The notes beneath the pieces were generated by a model. That model was not told where the DNA came from. It made no database searches and saw nothing but the letters and a program-made list of their open reading frames with translations. The position numbers and the translations under genes are program-made. A stretch of DNA of 64,000 nt from assembly GCF_009914755.1 (NCBI RefSeq), contig NC_060930.1, one strand, 5' to 3'. How positions within the stretch are numbered: the stretch's first letter is position 1; each line of letters begins with the position of its first letter. Positions 43,543-57,779 of the stretch are shown here, one piece after another. Source of the stretch: the human T2T-CHM13v2.0 reference genome, Homo sapiens.

Positions 43543-44375
43543 GTAAAACAAAATGAGTAAAAAAAAAAAAAATTGCACATAGAGTAATTTTAATCCATTC
43601 CATTTTTAAATACCACAATAAATTTAATTTTCACAATAAATTAAATAGCCATATTCAGTTTACAAAATAGAATTACTTAGTGTGAAACCAGTATTTACAA
43701 CAATATACATTATGTACATGACATTTCTCTCTGTTGACATACAACATGGAAGTAAAAGGACTTGACTTTCCAATGTGTGATTGACATGCTACAAGTGACA
43801 CCATGGTCCATACGAGAAAACAATAGTGCAAAATCACCACAAGAACTTTGGAACAATGTCAATTTTATGAGATAAGACGTTCTTTTAAATAATAAGAAAA
43901 TAGCATTTTCTGTTTTCATGGCACCAATTCAGCATCTGAATTAAAGAGCCAGCTTTCCCTTAGGAAAAAAAAAATGCATCACTGGATCCTCTACTTCCTG
44001 AAGCTTCGCAGCCATTGGTACATTTTCACACATTTATCTTTTGGCTTAAATCTATGAAAATGGCGGGTGACAAATTCTGAATCAAAGGAAGACTAACTCT
44101 TTGAGAATAGCTGAAGTCACTTTCCCCCAATACCACCACCTCTTCTCTTTTGTAAATAGCTTAAAAGATGCGACTATGCAGACAGCAATTTTTTTTTTTT
44201 CGTAAATTTTCAGTAGAAAAAGAACTGATCTTATATTTGGTCACACACTGCGTATGTACAAATATACATGGAAAAATGACTTGGATAGCTCTGCCTAGGA
44301 AAAGTGCATATTTTAATCTACAGGAGACATTGTGTGTCTCCAGGCACAACACATAGTGTTGTATGACATATTATT

Positions 44376-45309
44376 TTAGGGCCAGTTCAATGTCCTCCCA
44401 GTGATCTGGTAAAATTTTTGATTAAAAGGATGAAAGAATTTGCGCAATTTAGTAATGACAGAGGGGTCCACCTCTGGATGAATGCGCCCCTTGCTGCCCG
44501 CCAGGCACTTATTAAAGATAATATTAAACCGCAAGCAGTAAAACCCTCTGGTAGCATTGAAGTATAAATTGTATTGACTTATCCTTGGAGGCAGATTTAG
44601 GAACTTCTCCACGAGCTGAAGTTCTGGCAGAGGTTCCGTGATGAGGCGATCTCCATCGACGACATGAAATTGCTCAATTGGAAAGTATTTCAACCACCTT
44701 TCCAGATGTTTGGTGTAGATGCTGGTTCTTACTGCTTTGTATTTTGTGTTCACTTCGCATGTATTAGGGTCTATGGCCAGCTTCTCAAACTTGTAATAAG
44801 TTTTGTTCTTCCTCTCCTTCCCCTCTAGCACCTGAGTATAATCAGAAATAGCTCTTGTGGTTGGCTCCCTGACAATGATCAACAACTTGATGGATGAGTT
44901 CATTTTGTAAATCCTTTCTGGAACCTCCTCTGTGATAAAATATGCTGGGCTCTTTTCAATTGTGATTTGCTGAGGGTAGGAAAAAGGCATCTTTTTCCTA
45001 TACCACTCAATGCCCTTACCATAATTCTCATCATTATCAAAAAAGTGGATTTCTTGAGAGGCTTTGACTACTGCCGGATGTAGGTTCAGCATTTCAAGCA
45101 GGGCCCTTGTGCCTCCTTTCCTCACCCCAATGATAATGGCCTTGGGGAGCTGCTGGACCAGGTCATGGAGGCGAACCTGCTCCTTGGAAGCGTTGCCCTT
45201 CCGGAACTCGTGCAGCAGGCCACGCTTAAACTGCAGGGCGCGAAGTGGGAATTCAGCCTGAGTGCGGGCTCCACCCAGTCGACCTTCAATGGGGCAAATG
45301 GGTTGTAGC
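44376..45309 (-). CDS. HS3ST5: Heparan sulfate glucosamine 3-O-sulfotransferase 5, last coding exon (catalytic domain, 310 aa)
   Basis: 5'-PSB motif IIGVRKGGTRAL, EIHFFD, EKSPAYF, 3'-PB motif REPTTRAISDY, CLAGSKGRIHP. Acceptor ...TCTTGCTTGCAG|G at 45310/45309; TAA stop at 44376-44378. Confidence 0.98.
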
Positions 45310-46591
45310 CTGCAAGCAAGACAGAGACACTTTAAGCTCATTGCAACTAACTTTTCATTTTTCTGGTTCCCCAGTCAGACCAAGACTTTAAATGCATAAA
45401 TAAAGCCACTGGTTCCCAGCCTGCTGCAATCCATAATGAACATATGTTTGGGAAATTTTATTTTAAGCAACCATGTATTAAATGGAGCACACATAATTGA
45501 TGAATTTTTTTATTAGTGCTCCTTAAAATTTTTTATTCTCCAAGCACTTAATTGACTACGGCGTGCACTTCTGTTTGCAGTACAGGATAGACAAGTGGCA
45601 CCAGCCATACTAATAGCTTTTTAACAGCTCACCAGTTAAAATCATTAAGAAAAAGTGAAAGGCAGGAGATTATAATCTTCAGCTGGGAGGTGGAAGGGTA
45701 GCAGGGAGGCCATGTGTTTCACATTTTGTGTGGTATTATTTTCTTGCAGCTCGGCAGCACTCAGATGGCTCTTGAAAATCTTTGAGATATAATCTGAAAG
45801 GAGGTCCCAGTTTCTGCCCCGGGCTGTTTGCATCATCAACCTGCAAAATTCCAATCTTGGAACTTGCTGAGATTTTCATTCTGAGACTCTCTGCCCTGGG
45901 CCTTGAGGATAGCCAGAAGAATACTATATTTCTTCTGCCTCTCTTTCTCTTTCTATCTAAAGAGGTCAGGATTATATATCCACTTTGCTGAATATAGAAT
46001 CAAACCCAATTGCCATCAGCAAGTGCTGTATATCACCTACCACACCTGGGACCAGGCATCAACAAGACCTTGACAGGGCCAGAAGCCTCAAGCCCTCATT
46101 GCCAAGCCCATTAAAATCAGGAACTCAATCTCATTAAGGAAGGAGTGCAATGGATATAGCCAGACAGGAGGATTTCCACTTCAGTATTATCCTGAATAGT
46201 GAACAACCATCTCTGCTTTTCTCAGGGAGAAAGATGTGGTAACAGTCACAATGATAGTAGACGATGGTGACTGTTTAATTTGTCATGGCTAACATATATG
46301 GTTAGCAAATTGAGTTTCCTTTTAGGTATAGTCTGAATTGAACTGAAGTTCATTATAATTCCCCTAAGTTGATCTGTGAGGGCATTTTAGCCTTCTTGGT
46401 AAAATTAAATAATATCAGTCAAAAAGGCTGTTAAACCAATTCTTACACTTGAAAGCTTCCAGTTATTCTAATAATTTGGAATCTGTGTCTCCCCCTCTGT
46501 GGCAATGAGGCTGTTGCTTGCTTTTCCCAAGAGACTGTATTGCATCTTTCTTGTTTTCTGAGATGAGAAACAACCTCAAGGTCATGCCCAG

Positions 46592-46955
46592 TGATATGGT
46601 TTGGCTCTGTGCCCCCACCCAAATCTCATCCCGAATTGTAATCCCCACATGTCGGAGGAGGGGCTTGGTGGGAGGTGACTGGATTATGGGGGTGTATTTA
46701 CCCCTTGTTTTCATGATAGTGAGTTCTCATGAGATTTGATGGTTTAAAACTGTGTGGCACCGCCCCCTGCAAGCTCCCTCTCTCTCCTGCCACCAAGTAA
46801 GACGTGCCTTGCTTCTTCTTTGCCTTCTGCCATGATTGTAAGTTTTCTGAGGCTTCCCCAGCCATGCAGAACTGTGTGTCAATTAAACCTTTTTTCTTTA
46901 TAAATTACTCAGTCTCAGGTATGTCTTTATAGCACTGTGAAAACGGACTAATACA
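46592..46955 (+). mobile_element. MSTA/THE1-type MaLR solo LTR in the HS3ST5 last intron
   Basis: TGATATGGTTTGGCTCTGTG...AAACGGACTAATACA; 5-bp TSD CCCAG / CTCAG. Confidence 0.92.
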
Positions 46956-47118
46956 CTCAGCCTGTTCTGCAGAATTGAGGAGCATGGTCTTGGTCTTTGT
47001 TCTGTTTAAACAGCTATCTATCATAATGCTTAAGGAAAAATATCAATGTATACTACTTTTCACGATGTTTCTTTTTTATGATTTTTAAAACAACTCATGC
47101 TCATTGTGGAAAGTGTGA

Positions 47119-47430
<312 letters not shown>

Positions 47431-48786
47431 TAGACAGCTTTTAAAAAACAGGATTTAACCCGGTTAATAGTTTAGAGAAACATGAATTTTGTTTTTATAA
47501 ATTTGTTAATGAGATTAATGTACTAGGGCTTTAAATGGAGGATGTAAAATTATCAATAGATACATAGGCAAAGATGCTTTTAATTGTGACACTGATTGGA
47601 ATAATACAAGTTCATCTTTCAGTTCTTCTTGGGTTCTGGTTGAGAATTAAGCTCTAATTCCATAAGGCATCCATTGATGGATTTCTGTCCTAAGCACCTA
47701 GAATGATGCTAGTACCATCCTTGGAAGAATTGAGGAAACAGTCACTCAAATTCTTTTTTGTAGGATTTAATTCTTTCATAGTACCCTGGCTGAGAGTGGC
47801 TGATATAGACAGTCTCTGCTTTGTTTGAGGTCAAATGGAATTTCCCCACTTGTAGAAAGGGTCATTTTCCTTCTTTACTTCCTTCCTCTTTCTATCTTCT
47901 ACCCTGGGAGATCACATCCTGCAGAATAGTCGCTTTTTGGACTCCCTAACTCAAGATAGAATGTGAAAATATGAGAAAATATCATATTCTTTCCCACTTC
48001 TGAAAGCATGGATTCTGAGTATGGGTCCCAGACTGAAAAATCATACAGGTTTAGGATTGGAAGGGATGGTAGAAGTAACCTCTGTCTCCCTCCCAGAAAG
48101 CAGGGTCTTCAGTTACTGGAGAGTGGGCCTAAATAAGCCTGTTACCTTCAGACATAATCTCAAAGTCTGAAGTGAGAGGCTTTTAGAAAGCCCACCAAAC
48201 AATTCAATTCCAAATAAAAGCTATCCCCTTAGAGACTAGAGACAGAGTTAAAAAAATGAAAAGAATCATCAACTAAATAATAATGCATTAGTGATCATTA
48301 GATCAATTACTAAGTAAAAGGTAAATGATTGGAAGCTAATTAAAGGTCAGTTGGGGAGGGCTGGATATAAGAGTTCCATTACAGAGGTAGGCCAATGGCA
48401 CCACCTCAAGGCTTCTCAATAACCATCAAGTGCTACTTTAGGAAACTACTGGAAGTCGGTGAGAAGCTCTGATTACACTTTCAGGGTAGGTAACAACTAG
48501 TGAGTGAGACAATTACTCAGGAATTTTGAATTGAGAAGCATCAAAGGAGTTCACTTTACCAGTCAAAATGACACCAACTGAAGGAAAACAAGGACCACTG
48601 CTATGTTATTTCTAAATAATCTAAGTGATAAGGTCTACAGATTAGCTTAAATTTTGGAAGGAAAAGAAAACTGAAAGGAAAAGATTTTCATTTTTAATTT
48701 TGTATGTGTTTTCACTGACTGTGAGAACTGAACTCATGGAGAACACACTTCAGTCTTTCCAGTGCAAGAATTAATTTTAAAGGGCC

Positions 48787-49110
<324 letters not shown>

Positions 49111-49857
49111 TCAGAAATTAACTTCTCTGTCTTTGCCCATTAGACTAGACATAGAACACACCAGAAACATTTACTGTGAAGCCAGCTGATGTTGCTGGGA
49201 CTTCTGCAAGTCCAATACCTCTCAACTGTACACCTATTTAGAGCTAAACCCTAGCACTGTAATTTTCTCTCCATGGATTTCCCATTGCTTTCTGGGCAAT
49301 TATTCTGAGCAACAGCCTCCTTGTCTGGTGCGTTCAGCCCCTGAAAACCAGAGCTAATTAACATAGTTAAAACTCCCCACGCCTGCAGCCATCTTTCCAG
49401 AGCAATGGATTGCAAACTCGATGAGCTCCTTTAGAGGCTCATACATAATTTTAATGCTCCTGATAGCACATTAAGTGTCCACTCATAAATTTCAAAAGAA
49501 AGATACATAGATACATCATCACTGTTTTGCTACAGCTAGAGGTCAACACCAGATGCACACGGACCAACTGAGCTCTATTAAATGACATTTTTACTGTACA
49601 CAGCTTTATCCCTTTCCTGAAAACAAGTGTCAATGCACATGGAATACAAATGGATCTTGACAAAACATCTTGGTTTGAGGAACTTGGATCTCTCTCTTTT
49701 AAAGGCTCAGTAAATCAAAATCAATACTGCAGAAAAGCATGTTTCCTGGGAATTTCGAAGGAGAAAAACAAGTGGATAGACTTAAAATTATGTCCTAAGG
49801 AAGTTTAAATCAAGCCTTAATGTCACAGGGGTATAAGCATGTGTTTTAAGCACCCAC

Positions 49858-49964
49858 CTATCCAAGCTCCCAACTCTGGCGACTAGATACAGGAGACTCC
49901 CAACGGCAAGGCTTCCCAGCACCAGGAGCTTCTGTCTCAGCCACGCCTGCTGTTTGAATAGCAT
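49858..49964 (-). CDS. HS3ST5: HS3ST5 first coding exon (cytoplasmic tail and type II transmembrane anchor); the exon spans 49858-49996
   Basis: GGCC ATG encodes MLFKQQAWLRQKLLVLGSLAVGSLLYLVARVGSLD(R). The phase-2 donor AG|GTGGGT joins G|CTACAA of the last exon, giving 346 aa. Acceptor TTCTATCGCAG| at 49997. Confidence 0.96.
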
Positions 49965-50351
49965 GGCCCTCCATCAACCTTCAGGACTGCTGCAGCCTGC
50001 GATAGAAGGACTCATCAGCAGCCATCTCTTAGAGGCTCTGTTGGTTGTCACAGAGCTAAGCAGAGGTGGAAGACAGGTGATAAGTGACACTGCACAAAGA
50101 GCAGATCCCATACCAACTCTCACAAGTGTCATGATGTAACAGGTACTTAGCAAAACTTACCTTTCTTTTCCTGGACCATGTTATAAGATCAAATACTAAC
50201 TCAATGGGGAAGGATACTAACTAGTACTAACTAGACAGAACCTGTGAGATAATTGTCAAAGTAAATTAAAATGCATGTAACATATAGTGTGTTTGTGTGT
50301 GTGTGTGTATATATAAAATGATTCAAAGAATATGGATAGAATGAGCAACTT

Positions 50352-50650
50352 GGCCGGGTACGGTGGCTCAAGCCTGTAATCCCATTACTTTGGGAGGCCA
50401 AGGCGGGTGGATCACCTGAGGTCAGGAGTTCAAGACCACCCTGGCCAAGATGGTGAAACCTCGTCTCTACTAAAAATGCAAAAATTAGCTGGGCACAGTG
50501 GTGGGCCCCTGTAATCCCAGCTGCTAGGGAGGCTGAGTCAGGAGAATCACTTGAACCCAAGAGGTGGAGGTTGCAGTGAGCTGCGATCATGCCACTCCAC
50601 TCTGGCCTGGGTGACAGAGAAGACCTGTCTCAGAAAAAAAAAAAAAAAAA
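50352..50650 (+). mobile_element. AluS
   Basis: Full dimer; TSD GAGCAACTT. Confidence 0.95.
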
Positions 50651-53491
50651 GAGCAACTTGAGGCTTAACAGCAGGGCAACCATAAACTGAAGGCTCTGCT
50701 TCAGAATAACAAGGTGAATTTGAAATCCCAGTTCATAAGTTATCATTTTGAGCATAGCAATGACATATTTTAATTACATATGTTTTTGTTTTGTTTTAGT
50801 TGTGAGTAGAAGAAGGGGGTGAAATCGAAGTGATACTTACTGAAGTTATCAGTGGTGACTATCAGGATGTCACATGTTTGAGGACAATGGCCTTGGGGAA
50901 CCTGATGTTTCCCTCCATGTCCTCTGCTCAGTCCTGGGTTCTGAAACATGTTCGGACTAGATGCTTTTGCTATGTGACCTCCCCTGGCTGTCAATGAATT
51001 TAGACAGGTTTGGTGATATTGGTCTCACTCTTAGATCATGAAAGAAGCTTACCTGGAAGCTCTGTTCTCATATACCTGAAATAAGGCCAGCTGAGGAGCG
51101 TAGGGCTTTACTAGTGCTGTTATTAAATTTTGGGGAAAAATGCAAGTTCCCAATTCAGCCTTTCTTATTAAAAATAAATCCAATCCCTCTTTCAAGATAA
51201 GATTGTTTGCCTCTTATTGAAACTCAAAATAGTAACCCAAGAAGGAAGCTATATAGATAGCAATGAGTCATGGTTAGAAATTGTTTTGCTGCAATGATAT
51301 CTCTGTATTGCTATGTGAAGTTTTTCTTTGTGCAAAAGGGATATACTAGGATTGAGTGATTGATCTATTCATTCATTATTCAAGAAATCACTGAATTCCC
51401 AAAGCATTTTCAACTATTATACTAGGTTTATCAGAGATTTCAAAACAGATCCCCAAAGAGTTTTATTCCTTAGAAAACTGATAATGTGATTAGGGAATCA
51501 TGAAATAACCAGAGAACATTACCCAATTATGATAATGTATGAATAAGTGTTGGGAAAAGAAAATTAAGGAAAAGGTCAGAGAATGTGGGCATGGTAAAAT
51601 TTTTTTGTGTGTGTGGAATGTACTATGTGAATTGCTGAGGAGACGGTAGGAGGGCATCCTAAGAGGGAGAGATAAGACCAGCAGTCATCCAACACACAGT
51701 TGACAAATACTTATGGAACATGTCTTATGTGCTAGATTCTGTATTGGGTACTATGGAGAATAGTGGCCAATTAAATAGACATGTTCTTGCCCTGTGGGAG
51801 TCCACAGTCTAGTGGAGAAGACAGGCATTAAGCCTACATACAGGATTAATGCATACTTACAAATTGTATTCAATATGACAAAGGAAAGTTACAGGATCTA
51901 GTGAGAAAGAGTAATAGGAGGAACCTACTTCAGTCCTTCCTGAAGAAGTAACACTTGGGGTGACACCTGGAGGAGGAGGAGCAAGGAGGCATGAGCGAGC
52001 AGAGGAACCAGCTCACATGAGGGACTGAGGAGGGAAAAGGCTCGGCTTGTTTAAGAAGTGAAGGCAGGCAGGTGTGGTTGGACAAAGGTAGAGGGAAAGA
52101 GAGAAAGGATTAAGAGCATAAGCAAAGAGAGAGCAAAAACAGGTAGGCTGGATGAGCCTGTGGTTTTAACATAGCAGGGCTTGCCTTGTGTGTAAATAAA
52201 ATGGGGAAGAGAAAGAGAGTGAGGTTTCTTGAGGCTTACTGTGTAGCAAGGACATTGTCCAGGTGGTATTTCAGGAAATTCTCAAAAACCCTATAAAGTA
52301 GATGGAGTTATTTCCATTTCATAGGTCAAGTGAAGCTCACAATTTTCTCCAACTTGCCTGTGATCACACAACTGACAGATAATGTGAAGACAAAGACAGT
52401 TACCTATGTAATGTGATTCAGAGCTTCACTGAAAGAACCAATCTCCTGTCTACAGGTTGATGTCTGAAGTCCTCAGTTAGACCTGCGTGCTTTGGGCTCT
52501 GATCCTTGTTGAAATGCAAATACTGCAGCAAGTTGCAGAACAGGGTGGCAGAAAGAAAACTGTGTTCAAGTCCCCCAATTAAATACTCCCCTTAGTAGCT
52601 CTATGGTTTTGAGGTTGGATTCTCTGGGGTTTCCTTTTCTTATCTACAATATGAGGACCACTTCTGGCTTCCCCATTCCATAGTGCTGTAGTAAGAATGA
52701 AATGAGTTTTCTACAGGTGATATTACTATATAAAGGTTTATTAGCTTGCCAGACTAATGCAAAGGATTATGTGTCATTTGTTTCTTAGCATGACTGAATT
52801 TAGTGTGCATTCACAGATGAGTAGTGTGAGGGAATAAAGCTTGTCTGTGGCTGAGCTGCAAAGGGAATGGATGGGAAAAATAAAGGAAAAATGTTCTTGC
52901 CCCATGGCCTTTGCAAGGGTCTCCAGCCTCATACAGGGGACCAATTCAGAGGAAGGCTAGGGAAGTTATCGACCTCCTCTGCTATTTAAACATAGTGCCC
53001 ACACCCTCCTGCTTAAAACTGTACTGCACAATGCTTCGTCCACTTTCACCAGCTCCTTGGTCCACCTGTCTGTTTTTAGCTCCAGTCCACCCATTCTTTA
53101 AGGTCTGGGCTATATCACAGTTCCTCTGGGAAGGCTTCTCCAGCTTCCAGTCCAGGATCCAATCACCCACCTCCACTAACTCTTGTTCTTTCAGTCAAAA
53201 CCACAGTTAGACATTTCATTGTGCATAAGCATTTGATTTGTGTTAGCTGCTTCTTTGGTGTGTATTATCATCATCTCCTAGCAATGGGGCAATGGGCTAA
53301 ACCGACTGACTGACTCAGAAGCACTAGAAAGCTTACAGAAAGGTACTAAGCCCAGAATCTGCTTTGCTGCACAGGCCAGTGATTCTCTATGGCAAGTTTG
53401 CAGAGCCTTTAAAACACACACACTTGCTACCACCCTCAGATATTCTGATTCAATGGGTATGCATTAATCTTGTATTTATAAAACTAGAACA

Positions 53492-53840
<349 letters not shown>

Positions 53841-56584
53841 TCACCAAGGTCAGTACAAATGATTTCTCCTTAATTTCTTCTTGCTTTGTGCTGTGCAGGC
53901 ATTTTGTGCCTCCCTTGTTCCTTAACATTTGGGTATGCTCCCCTTGTTCATTTTCTATGGCCCTGTATAGTACTATTAATCTTCCTAATATAAGTTATTT
54001 TGTCCCTCATCTATTTTTGGTTGTTCACTGGATCAAGTTCAATCACTTCCTCTTGAAAGTCTATGCCCTTCCTTCTGAGGTCCCAGTGTGGACAGTCAGC
54101 TTCTCACCCTCTTAAGTCACTCACTCCAGCCTCTGAGCCTGTCAGGTCAGCCCCTGCACTGTTCTCCATATGCCTTTTCTCTTATCTCTGTGCAATCATC
54201 AGCTTCCTTGCTGGCCTGGGATATCTTTCCTATGTCTCCTCCTTCGAGACTTCCAGATCCTACTGGTGTCTTCCTAGGAAGTGATCTTGATCTCGGTGGA
54301 TGTGGAGTTTAGGGGAAAAATCCCAATATGCATTCCACTGGTGGGTAGGAATGGGTCATGTCCATTGTATAAATAATTACAGGACCAAAGGATAATAGCT
54401 GGGCTTGGGAATAAAACTTGCAAGGCTTTTGCATGTAGGGGTGAGTGAAGTTATAAAATGACCTCATGGTTAAACTGTTTAAGTTTAGCAGACAGGAAAA
54501 AGAAGAAAAACATGACAGAATGTGAAGCCTGCTGAAGAAGTAGTGCAAGATTTAGGAAACTATGACGAAAAAACTGTCAGCATCCAATTGCAATGCACAG
54601 GTCATCTGGTATATACTAGGCTATTAAACCTAACTCTCGCTTTATGATAAACCCAGTTATTACTATAGAGGTTTTGCTCCCTGGGATTAGATACTACTGC
54701 CAGCCTAGCTTCTCTGTGCCTGAGATGCCTTAAATGTGCCTACTGAGGTTTTTCTCTCTTCAGGAGACCTGATTTCTCCAGCATTTTGTTTGCAAGGCTG
54801 GCCTGGCTCCTTACACTGCCCCGTCTGGTTATGGCAGGCCCGGTACGCATTCCAAGGTACCTTCCTATCTACTGTGACACTGAGAAAAACTAATATTTTT
54901 ATTGAAGATCTCAACTAACATGAGTGAACCACTCATGGTGAAGTGGAAAGACAACTGGATTGGGAGTCAAAAGACCTTGGGTCACATTTTGGTTTGGTTT
55001 TGTAATGGAAATTTTCTGAGTTTTGTTTTTCTCATCCATAAAATTATGATAATAATGTCTATCTCACAGGGTTCTTATGATGTGAGCACTGAGTAAAACA
55101 GTAGGATAGAACTTTGGGAACATTTGTGCATTGTGCAAAAATGAAACATAATTAATAGCTTCGGGAGGTAGATTAATTATTTTACAGAGAAAAAGAATTA
55201 AAAAATGCAGTTTTCATAAACAGTATACGGAATTATGAAAAATAGTATTTTAAAGTATAAATAACTTTTAATGGAAATTCTTATTAAGAATTAGAATGCT
55301 AATGCTATTTTTTTGTTCAAAGCAAGATGGCGCATGCATACACACACAGTCAATATTTCTCTTCTTGAGCTGAAATCTCTTGGAATTTTTGAGAAATGAG
55401 GATGCCAAGCCAGAAGTTTCTAATGAGGCTCTCTAGCAGACAGAAAGTGAAATCTCATTCTGTTTTGTAACCAGTCTCAGACTATGTGCTAAGATACAAT
55501 ATCATAGCAGCTCTGAATAAAACTTCCCCAGGGAAAACCAAAGATATCCGGTTAATTTAACTTTGAAAATGCCTCTTTGGTTTTCTATAACATTATAAAG
55601 CATTTGAATCTGCCAGGATGGTGTCTTAAAAGCTGGAGATTGTTGCTTTTGGTCTAGGAATATAAGACAAAGAGAAGGCACACCATTTGATCCTTACGGA
55701 CAATGCTGTTAAATCGGGTAGAGTGTTAACTGCTTCTCCAACCCCCAAATCCCATCCCTTTAGCTATGCCAGCTTTAACAGATATTTTAATAATCTTTCA
55801 TCAGAGCAGTTATACTGGTAATGGGAAATTTATATAAAACTAAAGTTTTTTTTTAGAAAGTTTATTATTTCTTTTTATATAAAAAATGCTTGAAGACCTA
55901 CAGTGACATTTAAGCTCCCCCCATCCACAGTTTTAATCTCTCAGTGTCTTTCATTTTGCCTGCCAATAACAGCACAATTAGTTTCTTCAGACTCTTAAAG
56001 CTTTAACAGACACGGTATCTTGGCTGAACAAAGCAGAGTATCTAAATAACAGAGTATGTGGCCAGAAACGACAAATTGTAGAGACATCTGGCTGTTTCTC
56101 TATAGCAGCACTAAGCAAAGAAAGAAATGAGTCCCCAGATGAAACAAAGAAATAAGGAGATTCAAAAATAATAATAATAAAGATGTGTTCAAGTGCTGCT
56201 CAAAGGCTTGTAGACATGGTTACCACAAGCCCTTGGTACCAGTAAAAACAATAAGAGGAACAATAGCAGCAAAATTCATTAAAAACGACTGAACTTATAT
56301 AGCAGAATTATTCCAAGGAAATCATAACCCTCTTTTGAGTATTAGCTCATTTATCCTGGGCAACAGCCTTATGAGGTGGACAGGAACTACATTTATTGAA
56401 CACTAGGCTCTGTGTTCATATGTTCATATGTTCATATGATACAACAAACCTCTGTAATATTATCTTTTTTTTTTTAATGGAAACTGAGCAGACATAAGTA
56501 GATTTTTTACCCAAGGGCTGTGGTTGGTAAATAAATGCAGAAGGAGGATTTAAATTCAGAATTATCTGACCCCAAAGAACATGA

Positions 56585-56940
<356 letters not shown>

Positions 56941-57052
56941 CATGGGAGACTTTTTAAAAAATAATTTCAATTGTTTTGGGGATACAGATGGTTATATGTT
57001 ATCTTGTTATATGGATAAGTCCTCTAGTGGTGGTTTACACTTACATGGGAGA

Positions 57053-57290
57053 GTTTTTAAAAAATAATTTCAATAGTTTTGGGGGTACAGGTGGTTATAT
57101 GTTATCTTGTTATATGGATAAATCCTCTAGTGGAGATTTCTGAGATTTTAGTGCACTTGGTACGCAAGCAGTGTACACTGTACCCAATATGCAGTCTTTT
57201 ATCCCTCATCCCCTCCCAACCTTACCCCGACCCAGTCCCCAAAGTCCATTCTATCACTCTCATGCCTTTGTGCCCTCACAGCTTAGCTTC
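57053..57290 (-). mobile_element. L1PB-type 3' end fragment, partly duplicated at 56941-57035
   Basis: TTTCAATAGTTTTGGGGGTACAGGTGG...CAGTGTACACTGTACCCAATATG...CACAGCTTAGCT. Confidence 0.82.
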
Positions 57291-57779
57291 TGGGAGATTC
57301 TTAATAAATATTCGTTCATTGATTGAGAGCAGACAAAAACCACTTAACTCCACCCAAATTACCTGCCACTGAACCTTGAGTTAGAGGATGGGGAGATGAA
57401 AAAAAAAAAAAAAGAGGAGAAATGTTTCCATAAAAGGGCAGGTAAAAGGGACCATTTAGGTGGTTTGAACCTGATGAAAGCAGGGAGAAAATACTAATAA
57501 GTAATGATAGTAGCAATTATAATGAAAGGTCATGTTTCCATAATTTACCAAGGGTTTTTTTCATATTCACCAAGCCACTTATAATTAAAACTGACCAGAA
57601 TCATGGATACCCCACTTTTTCTCTCCATAACTCAAGAACTATCTCTTAGAAAGATTTATAGTAGATGATCAAAATACCATTGGGATTAGCTGCCACTTGT
57701 CACAGACTCAGATTCTTATGTGCTGGTCTTTGTAAGATCTTGATTAAATCTGTCTTTGCCCTCTCATTATCACCCAATC

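Larger units (their letters stand above)
42715..44375 (-). other. HS3ST5: HS3ST5 3' UTR
   Basis: Repeat-free sequence downstream of the stop codon; the end is inferred from the AATAAA at 42731-42736. Confidence 0.75.

Noticed and set aside
46758-46773. CTCF-like motif in the MSTA LTR
   Set aside because: It mismatches the conserved CCA core (CTTGCAGGGGGCGG) and is too weak to call.
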